From Acidimicrobiia bacterium (GTDB lineage Bacteria; Actinomycetota; Acidimicrobiia; UBA2766), in NCBI GenBank assembly GCA_038904395.1, contig JBCKKC010000001.1:25759-89758 (forward strand): a DNA stretch of 64,000 bases. The letters are read 5' to 3'. Shown here in pieces: positions 8,863-18,311 of this stretch. The position numbers were made by a program, and so were the translations under genes. Under the pieces are notes generated by a model. That model did not search any database and was not told the DNA's origin. It was given only the letters and a program-made list of their open reading frames with translations. Positions within the stretch are counted from its first letter, which is position 1, and each line of letters starts with the position of its first letter.

Positions 8863-9882
8863 TCATTCCCCGTCGTGCTTGGCAAGGAAGTCGCCGACGG
8901 TGGCGAGGAAGAGGGCTGGTTCTTCGAGGTTGGGGAAGTGTGCGCTATCGTCGAACAGAACATACTCTGACCTGGGGATGCCTGAATGGATGCTCTCTGA
9001 ACACTCTGGCGGTGCCTCGCCGTACTTGCCCACGATGACTAGAGTCGGCACCGAAATTTGGGGAAGATCATCGATGCGGTCCCAGTCTTTGAGAGTGCCG
9101 GTCACCGCGTAGTCGTCGCCCCAGAGTTGAACATAGGCAGGGCTCTTAAGCATTTCACGAGCAGAGTACATGAGAGAGTCTGGCCACGGGTTGAGTCGGC
9201 ACATGTGTTCACGACTGAATCCCAGAGCTGCGAGCATATATCCCAACGTCTGGCCGGACCAGAGTTGTCTAATCAAGGTCTGCGCACCCAAGGCAACCGT
9301 GCGTGGGGAGGTTTTCATGACGGCATGGCGGAGCAGAGACAGCGTGTCAGATATTGCCTGCTTGTCGTCTCCCCCATCGCGCATGGCCCTTGAAATGTGA
9401 ACCATCAAGCTACGCCGCACATCAGGCGGGCAATCTCTGATCAAACGCAAGAATTCCTGCCGGATTTGAGGCACGCTGGCCGTTGTGCTGTCGAGAACTA
9501 GACTGCGCAAACCCTTCGACTGGCCGAATTTGAGGGCGTACTCAATGGCAAGGATTCCGCCCCACGACTGGCCGTACAGATGAAAATCCGTCACATCTAG
9601 TTCGTTGAGGATTTGGTCGATTTCGCTGACGAAATATTCGAGAGTATATAACGATGGATCCTTGGGCGTATCGGATCGTCCGCAGCCAAGCTGGTCATAG
9701 AAAATCACCGGTCGCCCCACATCAGCCAATGACGCCATGTTGGCTAGGTAGTCATGAGTGCCGCCTGGGCCCCCATGCAACGTCACCAGAGGCGGCTTAT
9801 CGCCATCACCCGCAACGCCATACCAGATATCACCCAATTGGCCTCGGCTAACACCGCTCTTCAGAGCCTGTGGTTGCAACAT
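8863..9882 (-). CDS. pip: proline iminopeptidase (alpha/beta hydrolase, S33 family)
   Basis: LHGGPGG motif and the YGQSWGG nucleophile elbow, with prolyl aminopeptidase-like length and architecture. Confidence 0.8.
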   Translation of the reverse strand: MLQPQALKSGVSRGQLGDIWYGVAGDGDKPPLVTLHGGPGGTHDYLANMASLADVGRPVIFYDQLGCGRSDTPKDPSLYTLEYFVSEIDQILNELDVTDFHLYGQSWGGILAIEYALKFGQSKGLRSLVLDSTTASVPQIRQEFLRLIRDCPPDVRRSLMVHISRAMRDGGDDKQAISDTLSLLRHAVMKTSPRTVALGAQTLIRQLWSGQTLGYMLAALGFSREHMCRLNPWPDSLMYSAREMLKSPAYVQLWGDDYAVTGTLKDWDRIDDLPQISVPTLVIVGKYGEAPPECSESIHSGIPRSEYVLFDDSAHFPNLEEPALFLATVGDFLAKHDGE

Positions 9883-9922
9883 ACGTCCTCCTGAATAACT
9901 TCCATCCAGCTGCGACTCACGG

Positions 9923-10093
9923 TCATGGCGCAGCCATCCCTAAATACTCTGCGGCGTTTGCTAGCTCTAGCTTGGTTAGTTCGCTGGTAATGACTGAGGA
10001 CTGGCTATCAAAAATTTGCTTGCGCAGGCGAAGATGATCGGGCTCATCCGAAAGATAACAACGCACGACTGCGCTTGTGTCAACGTACAACAT
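9923..10093 (-). pseudogene. vapC: truncated vapC (PIN-domain toxin, N-terminal 56 codons only)
   Basis: I translated this myself: MLYVDTSAVVRCYLSDEPDHLRLRKQIFDSQSSVITSELTKLELANAAEYLGMAAP*. It has a PIN N-terminus with the conserved D5, but stops after about 40% of a normal VapC. It lies 35 bp downstream of an RHH antitoxin gene. Confidence 0.5.
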
Positions 10094-10130
10094 GCTCACG
10101 GGCGACCAATTATGCTAAATGATGGTACGA

Positions 10131-10424
10131 CTATGTGCGGTCGTGCCGCTGGACTTCCAATGCTTCGAGAATAGCTCTCGAAGCACCCTTGGGGAGCTTC
10201 GGCAATTCGCTTGATTCAGATTCACTGGTGCCAACCGAAATCTCAGAGAGCATGCCACGGCTCTTCGCGATCTGACGCAACCGCTCACGCGGGCTAAGGC
10301 TGTCTTCGACAACCCTGCTCAATACCTCAACCACGTATGTGTTCATTGATTCACCTGATTGCGCAGCAGCCTCTTTCAATTGGGAATGGAGATTGTCCGG
10401 CATCCGACAAAGTAGCTGCTTCAT
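10131..10424 (-). CDS. ribbon-helix-helix (CopG/VapB-type) antitoxin
   Basis: MPDNLHSQLKEAAAQSGESMNTYVVEVL matches the RHH signature, and it sits immediately upstream of the vapC remnant. Confidence 0.55.
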   Translation of the reverse strand: MKQLLCRMPDNLHSQLKEAAAQSGESMNTYVVEVLSRVVEDSLSPRERLRQIAKSRGMLSEISVGTSESESSELPKLPKGASRAILEALEVQRHDRT

Positions 10425-10640
10425 GGTTCAGATGCTATCAGAACCACGGCCACGTGCTAGCTATCAAGTCCCTCGAATCGTGTGATTTGGAGCGCGCCGA
10501 GGTTGTCCCGCACAGCCGGATTCTCTGCCGACTCTCCCCCACTAACCTGCTTTGTTGAGCGCCACTGAATGTTGACCGAACATCACATAGGCGCTTTGTC
10601 GATTTGACGTTTAGACGATTAATCGTATAAACTCTCAAAG

Positions 10641-11723
10641 ATGATCTTCTCTACCCCCCGACTCAACAGGCAACTAGGACAGCAGCTAGCCAAACTCGAC
10701 ACTCTTCGGCAAGAGCTTGGCCAAAAAGAAGGCGGCAAGTTTCGATGGATGGGAACTCTGCGTCGACTTGTTAAGGCCTCTGCAGTGGAGGGTTCCACGT
10801 CAATTGAAGGCTTCACTGTGCCAGAGGCCGAAGCAGTCATGTTGGTCTCCAGCGGCGAGGCGGCGGATTCCTCGGACAAAAACCAACTAGCAGTTGCTTG
10901 CTATAGCCGAGCGATGGATCATGTATCGGTCCTCGCTGCCGACCCATCATTCCGTTGGCTCGATCGTGTAATCCTGGACTTGCATTTTGACGCTTGCCAT
11001 TTCCAAACTGACGCGAATCCGGGCCAGTGGCGCACTGGACCTGTTTCAGTGACCGGCAGTGGAGGGAGAATTGTCTATCAAGCTCCCGACAAGGCCGATG
11101 TCCCTGCACTGATGGCCGAAGTTGTGGACTGGCTCGAAAAGGGCGACCTGAACTCGCACATCGCGGTTCGTGCCGCCATGACACACCTGCATGCTGTTTC
11201 GGTGCATCCATTTAGTGATGGAAACGGACGCGGCGCCCGAATCCTTCAGTCTCTCGTCCTCGCACGTGGGGGGTTGGTTTCGGCCGAATTCGCATCAATC
11301 GAGCAGTATCTGGGCGCCAACACGCCAGCATATTATTCGGCGCTTCACGCAGCTCAAGGTGATAGATACGATCCAAGTCGGGATGTGACCAATTGGGTCA
11401 AGTTCTGCCTCGCCGCACATATCGATCAGGCTCAAACTCGCCTAGACCAGATTCGTCAAGCTGCCGCGAGATGGGATGCGCTAGAACAGTTGGCCGAAGA
11501 CCGGAGCTGGCCCGAGCGAGTTGTGATCGCACTCGAGCAGTGCCTAATCGGGGGGACCGACAGAGCCACCTATGCGTTCGAAGCCGACATCTCGCTCGCA
11601 ACAGCAAGTAGTGACCTGCGACGCCTGGTTGATGCCGGCCTCGTAGCCCAACACGGCCGAGGCCGAAGCACCCACTACCGAGCATCAACACAGCTAATAG
11701 ACATCTCGGTCGTTCGGGATTGA
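10641..11723 (+). CDS. Fic-family protein (class II, with intramolecular inhibitory motif)
   Basis: HPFSDGNGRGAR is the HPFx(D/E)GNGR Fic active-site motif. An N-terminal STSIEG matches the (S/T)xxxE(G/N) auto-inhibitory helix motif. The C-terminus is winged-helix-like. Confidence 0.85.
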   Translation: MIFSTPRLNRQLGQQLAKLDTLRQELGQKEGGKFRWMGTLRRLVKASAVEGSTSIEGFTVPEAEAVMLVSSGEAADSSDKNQLAVACYSRAMDHVSVLAADPSFRWLDRVILDLHFDACHFQTDANPGQWRTGPVSVTGSGGRIVYQAPDKADVPALMAEVVDWLEKGDLNSHIAVRAAMTHLHAVSVHPFSDGNGRGARILQSLVLARGGLVSAEFASIEQYLGANTPAYYSALHAAQGDRYDPSRDVTNWVKFCLAAHIDQAQTRLDQIRQAAARWDALEQLAEDRSWPERVVIALEQCLIGGTDRATYAFEADISLATASSDLRRLVDAGLVAQHGRGRSTHYRASTQLIDISVVRD

Positions 11724-11727
11724 CGGG

Positions 11728-12036
11728 GTGTCCCCACCAAAATGTGCTATAAGTAATACTATGCAGACTATTGGAGTGCGCGAATTGCGCCAGCAAGCAA
11801 GTAGATATCTGAAGCGCGTTGAGCGTGGTGAAACTATACAAGTCACTGACCACGGGCACCCGGTGGCGCTCCTGACTCCGATTCCAACCGGTAATATCAT
11901 CGAAGAGCTTATTGCGTCAGGCCAGATGACACCAGGACAGGGCGATATTCGAGACCTACCACCGCCTCTTCCACCAAAGCCCGGTCTCCCTCTACCTAGC
12001 GAGATTCTGCAAACCATGAGGTCAGATGAACGCTAG
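11728..12036 (+). CDS. Phd/YefM-family (VapB-type) antitoxin
   Basis: TIGVRELRQQASRYLKRVERGETIQVTDHGHPVALLTPI, with a ..DIRDLPPPLPPKPG..LQTMRSDER tail. The likely start is the ATG at 11761. It begins 5 bp after the fic stop. Confidence 0.65.
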   Translation: MSPPKCAISNTMQTIGVRELRQQASRYLKRVERGETIQVTDHGHPVALLTPIPTGNIIEELIASGQMTPGQGDIRDLPPPLPPKPGLPLPSEILQTMRSDER

Positions 12037-12037
12037 C

Positions 12038-12261
12038 GTAACCATTCACGTCCTCTTCCGTCATCCTGAGGGAGGCGCTAGCCGACCGTGAGGATCCACC
12101 TGTGGCGAAGCCGCAGATCCACCTGCATGTTCGATCCATTTGAATTGCTCGCTCCGCTCGCAACACGGCAAAGTCTGGATTGCCACGCCCTGCCAAAGCC
12201 CAGGGCTCGCAATGACGAAGCGCTGGTAGCGACACTCTGGCCAGGACACGTGAATGGTTAC
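12038..12261. mobile_element. MITE-like repeat element, copy E3 (full length, inserted into vapC)
   Basis: Both terminal repeats are present (GTAACCATTCACGTCC at 12038 and GACACGTGAATGGTTAC ending at 12261). It starts 2 bp after the antitoxin stop, where a vapC start (ATGA overlap) would be expected. Confidence 0.8.
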
Positions 12262-12436
12262 ATCCAGGGCTTCTCGACACTGCGGGCCTAATAGGACCGC
12301 CTGGACTTCGGACGCTGGATGCAATCCACCTGACAGCTGCGCAAAAGTTGGGACCTCGGTAACACGAGTTGTAACATACGACGCTCGGCTGGCCCAGGCA
12401 GCCCGCACAACAGGATTCTCCGTCGACTCTCCATGA
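12262..12436 (+). pseudogene. vapC: vapC C-terminal remnant (frameshifted)
   Basis: Two frames read ..LRTLDAIHLTAAQKLGPR* and ..VTRVVTYDARLAQAARTTGFSVDSP*, both typical PIN C-terminal segments. The N-terminal roughly 70 codons are missing and replaced by the MITE. Confidence 0.5.
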
Positions 12437-12579
12437 CCGATCAATGATCCGCATGAGCGATGCCCGCCCCTCCCCTCTATGCCATTTGGCCTATTTTGCC
12501 ACTTAGCGTGGGCCATTTGGACCCTTCGTGCTGTGAGCGCGCTTATGATTGAAAGGTCATGAGCCAAAGGGGGCAATTG

Positions 12580-12864
12580 ATGGCAGAAGAAATGACCACC
12601 ATCGATGGGTGTAAGATCCGCCACGGTGACCGGGTTCCGTCTGAGATCGTAGAAGATTGGTCTCGACAGGGGCTCATCAAGCGGGTCAAGAACGGACGGG
12701 GGTACTATACGAAAGGTCTGATGCTGGTTCGGGATAGACACGCACCAGGATATGTTGCGATCAATCCTTCCCAAGCCAGGCTCGTACCAATGCCGGTGGA
12801 AACACTAGAAAACACGCCGGCTGAGCTGATTTTTAGCGACAATGCTAAGCCCTCCAGACTTTAG
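12580..12864 (+). CDS. hypothetical protein (94 aa)
   Basis: Good SD AAAGGGGG lies 7 nt upstream of ATG. No recognisable domain. Convergent with the response-regulator gene. Confidence 0.4.
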   Translation: MAEEMTTIDGCKIRHGDRVPSEIVEDWSRQGLIKRVKNGRGYYTKGLMLVRDRHAPGYVAINPSQARLVPMPVETLENTPAELIFSDNAKPSRL

Positions 12865-12872
12865 TAGGGCCA

Positions 12873-14543
12873 TTAGTCGACCCGCATCGCCAGGATTACC
12901 GTATCGTCACAGCGCGTCGACGTCGTAAACATACGGTCTAGCAACGTGTCACAAAGCTCGCCTATCTCAAGGCCAGCAGCCTCCACGGCCGCAGACTCTA
13001 AACGTTCCAGGCCGATAGTGAGATTTTCTCTCCTGCGCTCGACAAGGCCATCCGTATAAAGCACTAGACGTGACCCTGCTGGCACGTCACAGCACTGCGC
13101 CTCGAAAGTAGCGTCGTCCAGCACGCCCGCTGGTATCGATAGCCCGCCGGTTAGGAACTCGCCCGATGCCTCTCCGCCGTCGGCGTCGTTCAGCCTCAGA
13201 ACTAGTGGAGGCAAATGCCCCCCGTTTGAGAAGCGGAAAGTGTGCTCAACGTGATCGTAAATACCAAATAGGAGCGTAGCTATATCGTATTGGCCGATGT
13301 CGTTGAGGAGCTGATTGACGCGCCCCATGGCCGTCTCGGGGGCGTCTCCGCCCAAAGCAAAGGCATGCAATGCATTGCGGAGCTGACCCATCACCGTTGC
13401 CGCTCTCAGCCCATGCCCAGCCACGTCACCGACGACCAGGGCAACTTGCGTGTCTGACAAGGTAATCGCGTCGAACCAATCGCCGCCAATCGAGAGTCCC
13501 GTCGTGGCAGGCAGATAGCGGCCGGCGAATTGGACTCCGGACAACTTTGGGAAGCTCTGGGGCAGAAAACTTCGCTGCAACGTTTCGGCGATCTCTTGAG
13601 TCTGCTCGTACAGGTTTACATGTTGGATAGCCAAGGCAATGCGGTCGGCGACGAACTGGAGTAGCGAAGTATCGTCGACATCAAAGTGTTGACGTTTTAG
13701 CGAACCGACGTGCAGCACACCAATGACCTCACCGTCGGCAATCAGGGGTACTCCAATCATTGACTGTGTCGAAGCCAAGATCGGGTGCGACTTAATTCGT
13801 TCTTGCAACAAGTCTGCCACCGTGAGAGGCATGCTGTAACGGGCAATTCGGCCCCACAAGCCACTCCCGATCGGGACTCGCATGTCGGCAACAGCATCAT
13901 CAGCGAATCCCCGACTTGCCTTAAGATAGAGCTCACCTCTGGCCTGATCGGCCAAGAGGATCATCGCACTGTCGGCGTCTGCCAGAACCAAAACACGGGT
14001 TAAGAGTTCCTCTATCAGATCTTCGGTGTTGAGATGAGCCAGGGCAGTATCGGCGATTCGTGCCAGACGCTCAAGGCGCCTAGTTGCCGCTTGGGCACTT
14101 TGAAGCGCTTGATGTTCACGCTCAAGTAAGTCATCACGCTCGGCTTCATGCTGCTGACGCTCAATCGCATATTTGATCGCTCGCGACAAGAGAGCGGCAT
14201 CCAAGCTGCTCTTGACAAGACAGTCCTGTGCTCCAGCACGCAAGGCCTCAAGCGCCACAATGTCATCCTTAACCGAACTGAGGACAATGACCGGCGTGCC
14301 ATCTGCGGCCTCAAGCACGTTTCGTAACGTCAACATGGCATCAAGCGAATCGGGCAACGACAAGTCCGAAAGGATCAGATCGAAACCGCCGTGCTTCAAC
14401 GACAGATGCGCTTCGGAAAGGGAATCAACGTGCGTGACGTGGGCCGGAAACTCGACACCATCCATGAGACTTTGCACAACCAAGGCATCAATGGTCTCAT
14501 CCTCAATCAACAGCAGTTCTAGGGAGGCACCGTCAAGCTTCAT
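12873..14543 (-). CDS. response regulator receiver-GAF-PP2C (SpoIIE-type) serine phosphatase
   Basis: N-terminal REC (LLLIEDETID..DLILSDLSLPD..K) and a coiled-coil linker. GAF domain (AMILLADQARGELYLKASRGF). C-terminal PP2C metal sites (GGDWFD, VVGDVAGHG, LVLYTDGL). Confidence 0.85.
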   Translation of the reverse strand: MKLDGASLELLLIEDETIDALVVQSLMDGVEFPAHVTHVDSLSEAHLSLKHGGFDLILSDLSLPDSLDAMLTLRNVLEAADGTPVIVLSSVKDDIVALEALRAGAQDCLVKSSLDAALLSRAIKYAIERQQHEAERDDLLEREHQALQSAQAATRRLERLARIADTALAHLNTEDLIEELLTRVLVLADADSAMILLADQARGELYLKASRGFADDAVADMRVPIGSGLWGRIARYSMPLTVADLLQERIKSHPILASTQSMIGVPLIADGEVIGVLHVGSLKRQHFDVDDTSLLQFVADRIALAIQHVNLYEQTQEIAETLQRSFLPQSFPKLSGVQFAGRYLPATTGLSIGGDWFDAITLSDTQVALVVGDVAGHGLRAATVMGQLRNALHAFALGGDAPETAMGRVNQLLNDIGQYDIATLLFGIYDHVEHTFRFSNGGHLPPLVLRLNDADGGEASGEFLTGGLSIPAGVLDDATFEAQCCDVPAGSRLVLYTDGLVERRRENLTIGLERLESAAVEAAGLEIGELCDTLLDRMFTTSTRCDDTVILAMRVD

Positions 14544-14701
14544 ACAACTAATGCTATGCCCACCGCTGCATCTACCACTGACTGAGCGCAGCCCTTTTGG
14601 TCAGAATTGAGCCATGCGGGCGCACAAAACTTGCCGACTGCGAAGAGACTTGCTTCGGATCATGGTTTGGTGATCCTTTTGACTGTGTGATTGATGGAGC
14701 T

Positions 14702-16012
14702 TCAATCGTCGTCTGTTCCGGGGCCGCCGTTGTCGGCCGCTCTCCCGGGCTGGCCCGCGTCATCGTCGTCGGAATCGTACAACTTCTTCCAGTCGACAGG
14801 CGACGGGCGCTTGAGGCCCACCGGTACCCTAACTTCACCTGGCAAGAGGGGTCCATCATCTGAGCCACCTGTGCCTGCTCGCTGCATCCCACTTTGGCCA
14901 GGTTGAGCCGCATTGTCGTCATTGTCGCCATCGTCGGATGAGCCCCAGCGAACAGGTTCGGGGCGTGCGAGGTCCCGCGGTATCCGAACATAGCCGGGCG
15001 GGAGATCTTCTCGGTCATCTGAGTCACCTGTGCCAACTCGCTGCATCTCACTTGCGCTGGCGTCGTCATCGTCTTCGCCTTGCTGGGACGTAGTATGGGC
15101 TCCATCAGTTGCCGCCACCGGCCGCTGGGCCAGTGCGTCAACGTCGCCTCGCTCACCTTCTTCCGCCTGGTCTGGGGCTAAGGGTTGAACGGCATCTTGG
15201 TCAATGTCGGCAGGTTGAGCTGGGAGCAGCTCGATATCGCCGGCTGGGCCGCTTTCATCGGATGGCGTCGTATCGATTTCGGCGGCGGCGGCAGCAGCGG
15301 CAGCTACGTCATGCACGCTTCGCTGGTCTTGCTTTCCTCTGCGTTCCTTGCGAGATTCCGTTGCGCCTTTTGTTCCGGTGGACGGCTGAACGCCTGTGGT
15401 TGCGGTTTTCTTGGCGGCAGGTTTAGCACCGGGCTGCTGGCTCTTAGCTCCACCCGACGCGGCCACTCTCGTGGCTGACGTATCGGTCACGGCCTTGGCA
15501 GTAACGACAGATTGAGATTTCGGCACTTCCTTACGGATGCCTTTTCCACCAGCCTGCGGAGTCTGAGCGGCCTTCTTGGCGGCAGGTTTCCCGCCGGGCT
15601 GCTTGCTCTTAGCTCCACCGGACGCAGCTGCCCCCGTAGCTACGGGAGCGGTTACACCATCAGCAGGAACGTCATCCGTCGTCGTGCCGTCTGCCGCAGC
15701 CGCCGCCGACCCTGAGGCACGCGCACGGGCTGGGCCATTTTTTGCGATAAACGCTGCGTGGGCTGCCGCATTGGCCCTCCGGAGCGCGTCCCGGCTAACC
15801 ATGCGTGCTAGGGAATTTGGTTGGGCCCGGCCAACAGCCGAGTGTGGATAGGCTTGCTGCGATCTTGAGCGATGGCTGAACTGGAGGGTACGAGCACCGT
15901 TTGCCACAGAGCTTCCGCTAGCTGCTGGTGCAGCAGCCGGCATGGCCAGGGCAGGTGCCGAGACGAGAAGGCCGCAGATTGCAAGAGCGATGAGTTGTAG
16001 GACTTTGCGCAT
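14702..16012 (-). CDS. secreted low-complexity Ala/Pro/Gly/Asp-rich repeat protein
   Basis: Sec signal peptide (..VSAPALA|MP). Internal protein repeats (ASGGAKS[KQ]QPG[GA]KPAAKK twice; a MQR[VA]GTG.SDD..LPPG.VR.P..L.RP.PV.W unit twice) are mirrored by about 190 bp and about 110 bp tandem DNA repeats. Confidence 0.6.
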   Translation of the reverse strand: MRKVLQLIALAICGLLVSAPALAMPAAAPAASGSSVANGARTLQFSHRSRSQQAYPHSAVGRAQPNSLARMVSRDALRRANAAAHAAFIAKNGPARARASGSAAAAADGTTTDDVPADGVTAPVATGAAASGGAKSKQPGGKPAAKKAAQTPQAGGKGIRKEVPKSQSVVTAKAVTDTSATRVAASGGAKSQQPGAKPAAKKTATTGVQPSTGTKGATESRKERRGKQDQRSVHDVAAAAAAAAEIDTTPSDESGPAGDIELLPAQPADIDQDAVQPLAPDQAEEGERGDVDALAQRPVAATDGAHTTSQQGEDDDDASASEMQRVGTGDSDDREDLPPGYVRIPRDLARPEPVRWGSSDDGDNDDNAAQPGQSGMQRAGTGGSDDGPLLPGEVRVPVGLKRPSPVDWKKLYDSDDDDAGQPGRAADNGGPGTDDD

Positions 16013-16261
16013 GGTTGGTGAGTGCTATCCGTGATGTGGTGCGGAAGGATGTCCGATACATCCCATTAATGACGTAAGCATGTAGTTTATGGCGAGTTGC
16101 AAGGTATTTCTCAAGACGAATGAGGCGACGGCCGAAAATCCTGACAAGTCCCGTAAGAAGTTAACGAGGTCTTTGATATCCGCTCCTAGTTGGGCGCTCG
16201 AGCCTAGATGATTAGTTCCAAGAGGTCTGAGCTAACTGTGGCCTGTGCTGGCGGACTCTCG

Positions 16262-16432
16262 TGACCGTCATTGCGAGGAGCCAGCTCTGGGGCGACGTGG
16301 CAATCCAGAGCCTGTGGCGTAGCCGCAGAACCACCCTAAGGTTCGATCCCTTTTGAATTGCTCGCTTCGCATCGCAACACAGCAAAGCCTGGATTGCCAC
16401 GCCCTGCCAGAGCCCAGGGCTCGCAATGACGA
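16262..16432. mobile_element. MITE-like repeat element, copy E4
   Basis: CGTCATTGCGAG arm, ..GTAGCCGCAGAACCACC, TTTGAATTGCTCGCTTCGCATCGCAA, and GGATTGCCACGCCCTGCCAGAGCCCAGGGCTCGCAATGACG. Confidence 0.75.
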
Positions 16433-16461
16433 TCGTGGTGACATCCCTTGGAACTACTCAT

Positions 16462-18051
16462 CTATGGTGTGGGATAGGCTGCCAAGATTTGATGTCCGAT
16501 CACATCCATTTCGATGGCTAACTTGCTTGTTGGTCTCCATCGCCCCGCTGGCTTGCTATACCAGTAGCCGACTAACTTTCCGCAGTCATGGGTTACGACC
16601 AATCGGTTATTCCTATGTGAAAATGTGGACGGCACATTGCCCTGGTTTTGTGCCGCTGTAAACTCAGCCAAGAGAGTTTCGATCTTTCCAGAGTCGAAGA
16701 TGTCCGGTACGAACCGACTTCTGACACCATGGAAATCTGTGTGGAATTGCTCTAAGCGGGAACTGAACTCGCCGGAATTGCCAACTTGGGCTGCCAGGGA
16801 ACCGAGGGATTCAGCCTGGCCCGCAGTGACATCGGAGGCAGCTGCGGCAGCATTTCTTGACATGTCTCCTGACGTGACTAAATCTCTCGCCGAAATAGCA
16901 ATGGAAGCGAGCCTGGGCGGATTGTCAAGTGCAAAGAACATGCTGTGCTGTCCAGCCACGATTCCACTTGGTCGACTGGCACGTATCGGAATGGGCCACA
17001 TGGCGAACTGCCCGTTTGCGGCGATTCGGGCAATACAGTTGAGCCCACTAAGAGTGGACCACATGTTGCCATCTGGACCAAGGGCGACGCTTGCAGGCAT
17101 TGCTCCGGGCGGCAACCTAAGCTCACGTTGCGTCTCTTGTGTTACAAATCCGATGTTGCCTGCAGTGCTTATGTACCAAATCACACCTTCCTGGCCAGAC
17201 GCGATCATTCGGGGATTTGCGGAACCTTCCAGGCTGAAGCCTTCTCTTCTACCAAAGGTCACCGGATCATCAATCGAGGAGGCATCTGTTTGGTATCGGA
17301 TGGACTCTAATAGCCCAGGGCGTTTTGAGCCTATTCCCACAATCTTGGAGTCTGCTGTGACAACCTGGTCAGTCGGAAACGGTCGCGACGGTGAATAGAT
17401 GGCATAGGAATTGTCTGGCTCAGGACTATCTGCGAGCTTGAGAATTGCCACATTTGCCCGGTTTGCGACAATCAATTCCCCTCCCGCTTTGCCCATTACT
17501 AATGAATGTGGATTTGGAAGATTCATATTCTCTGGCAATCTGAATGGGGCTTGCTGCTTGAGGACGAGAGCTGCATCGTCTGAGTTGTCTAAATCCGCTG
17601 AATGGGTAGGTTGTGCAGCGACTTGCGCCAGTGATAGTCGATGGATGGCGTCCCCTCTTTGGGTAACGATATAGAGCATCTGGCGCTTGACATCAACGCA
17701 AATTCTCGCGATTCGGGCATCCCCATTGACCTGCGGCACGATGTACGAATATTGACCTTGGGCCGAATGCTGGTGCAAGACGTGTCGGCCAGGATCAAGC
17801 CAGATGAGATCTCCGTTCGGCAATACGGTGAGATCTTCTATGGTGGAGTTTCCGTGAGGTCCATCGGCGAGAACCCTAATAGTGCCCGTACGCAGTGGCT
17901 TGCCGGTGGCATTAGTGTTATCAAAAATGTCGTGTACACCGCCAGCGTGAGCGGGATGTGGGTCCAGAGCGATGGCCAATGTGCCCGTCAACAGGCCAGC
18001 CAATGCGAAGCTGAGGATTCGAAGAATAAATTTGTTGACTTTTGCTGACAT
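16462..18051 (-). CDS. secreted protein with Vgb-lyase/NHL-like beta-propeller repeats
   Basis: Signal peptide (..ALDPHPAHA). Repeated GPDG-type blades (GPDGNMWSTLSGLNCIARIAANGQF..WPIP). Function unknown. Confidence 0.55.
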   Translation of the reverse strand: MSAKVNKFILRILSFALAGLLTGTLAIALDPHPAHAGGVHDIFDNTNATGKPLRTGTIRVLADGPHGNSTIEDLTVLPNGDLIWLDPGRHVLHQHSAQGQYSYIVPQVNGDARIARICVDVKRQMLYIVTQRGDAIHRLSLAQVAAQPTHSADLDNSDDAALVLKQQAPFRLPENMNLPNPHSLVMGKAGGELIVANRANVAILKLADSPEPDNSYAIYSPSRPFPTDQVVTADSKIVGIGSKRPGLLESIRYQTDASSIDDPVTFGRREGFSLEGSANPRMIASGQEGVIWYISTAGNIGFVTQETQRELRLPPGAMPASVALGPDGNMWSTLSGLNCIARIAANGQFAMWPIPIRASRPSGIVAGQHSMFFALDNPPRLASIAISARDLVTSGDMSRNAAAAASDVTAGQAESLGSLAAQVGNSGEFSSRLEQFHTDFHGVRSRFVPDIFDSGKIETLLAEFTAAQNQGNVPSTFSHRNNRLVVTHDCGKLVGYWYSKPAGRWRPTSKLAIEMDVIGHQILAAYPTP

Positions 18052-18311
18052 TTGGATTCACCACTCATGTAATGGAAACTGATTTTCGATAGAGCAAGTC
18101 TCGCGAGCAAGCTGGATGGACTACATGTCATCCGAAGCCACCACTTCAGCCACGCTCGTTGGCACACGCTGACCTCCCCACGCTGGATCGGCCCTATCCG
18201 TGCCTGAACAATTCTTTCAAACATACAGAAAAGTCCCAGCGCTCCAACGAAAAAATCCGGACGAACCCATCGAAACCTGGCGAAAAGAGTCCTGACAGGT
18301 TGAGGGGCGGG

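Noticed and set aside
12061-12774. 237 aa minus-strand ORF
   Set aside because: It is composed largely of a translated repeat element (..GVAIQTLPCCERSEQFKWIEH..) and is antisense to the better-supported 12580..12864 gene. It is a read-through artefact of the MITE.
14572-15156. 194 aa minus-strand ORF overlapping the 3' end of 14702..16012
   Set aside because: It is an alternative frame of the repetitive, GC-rich region. The 14702..16012 frame has the signal peptide and repeat structure.
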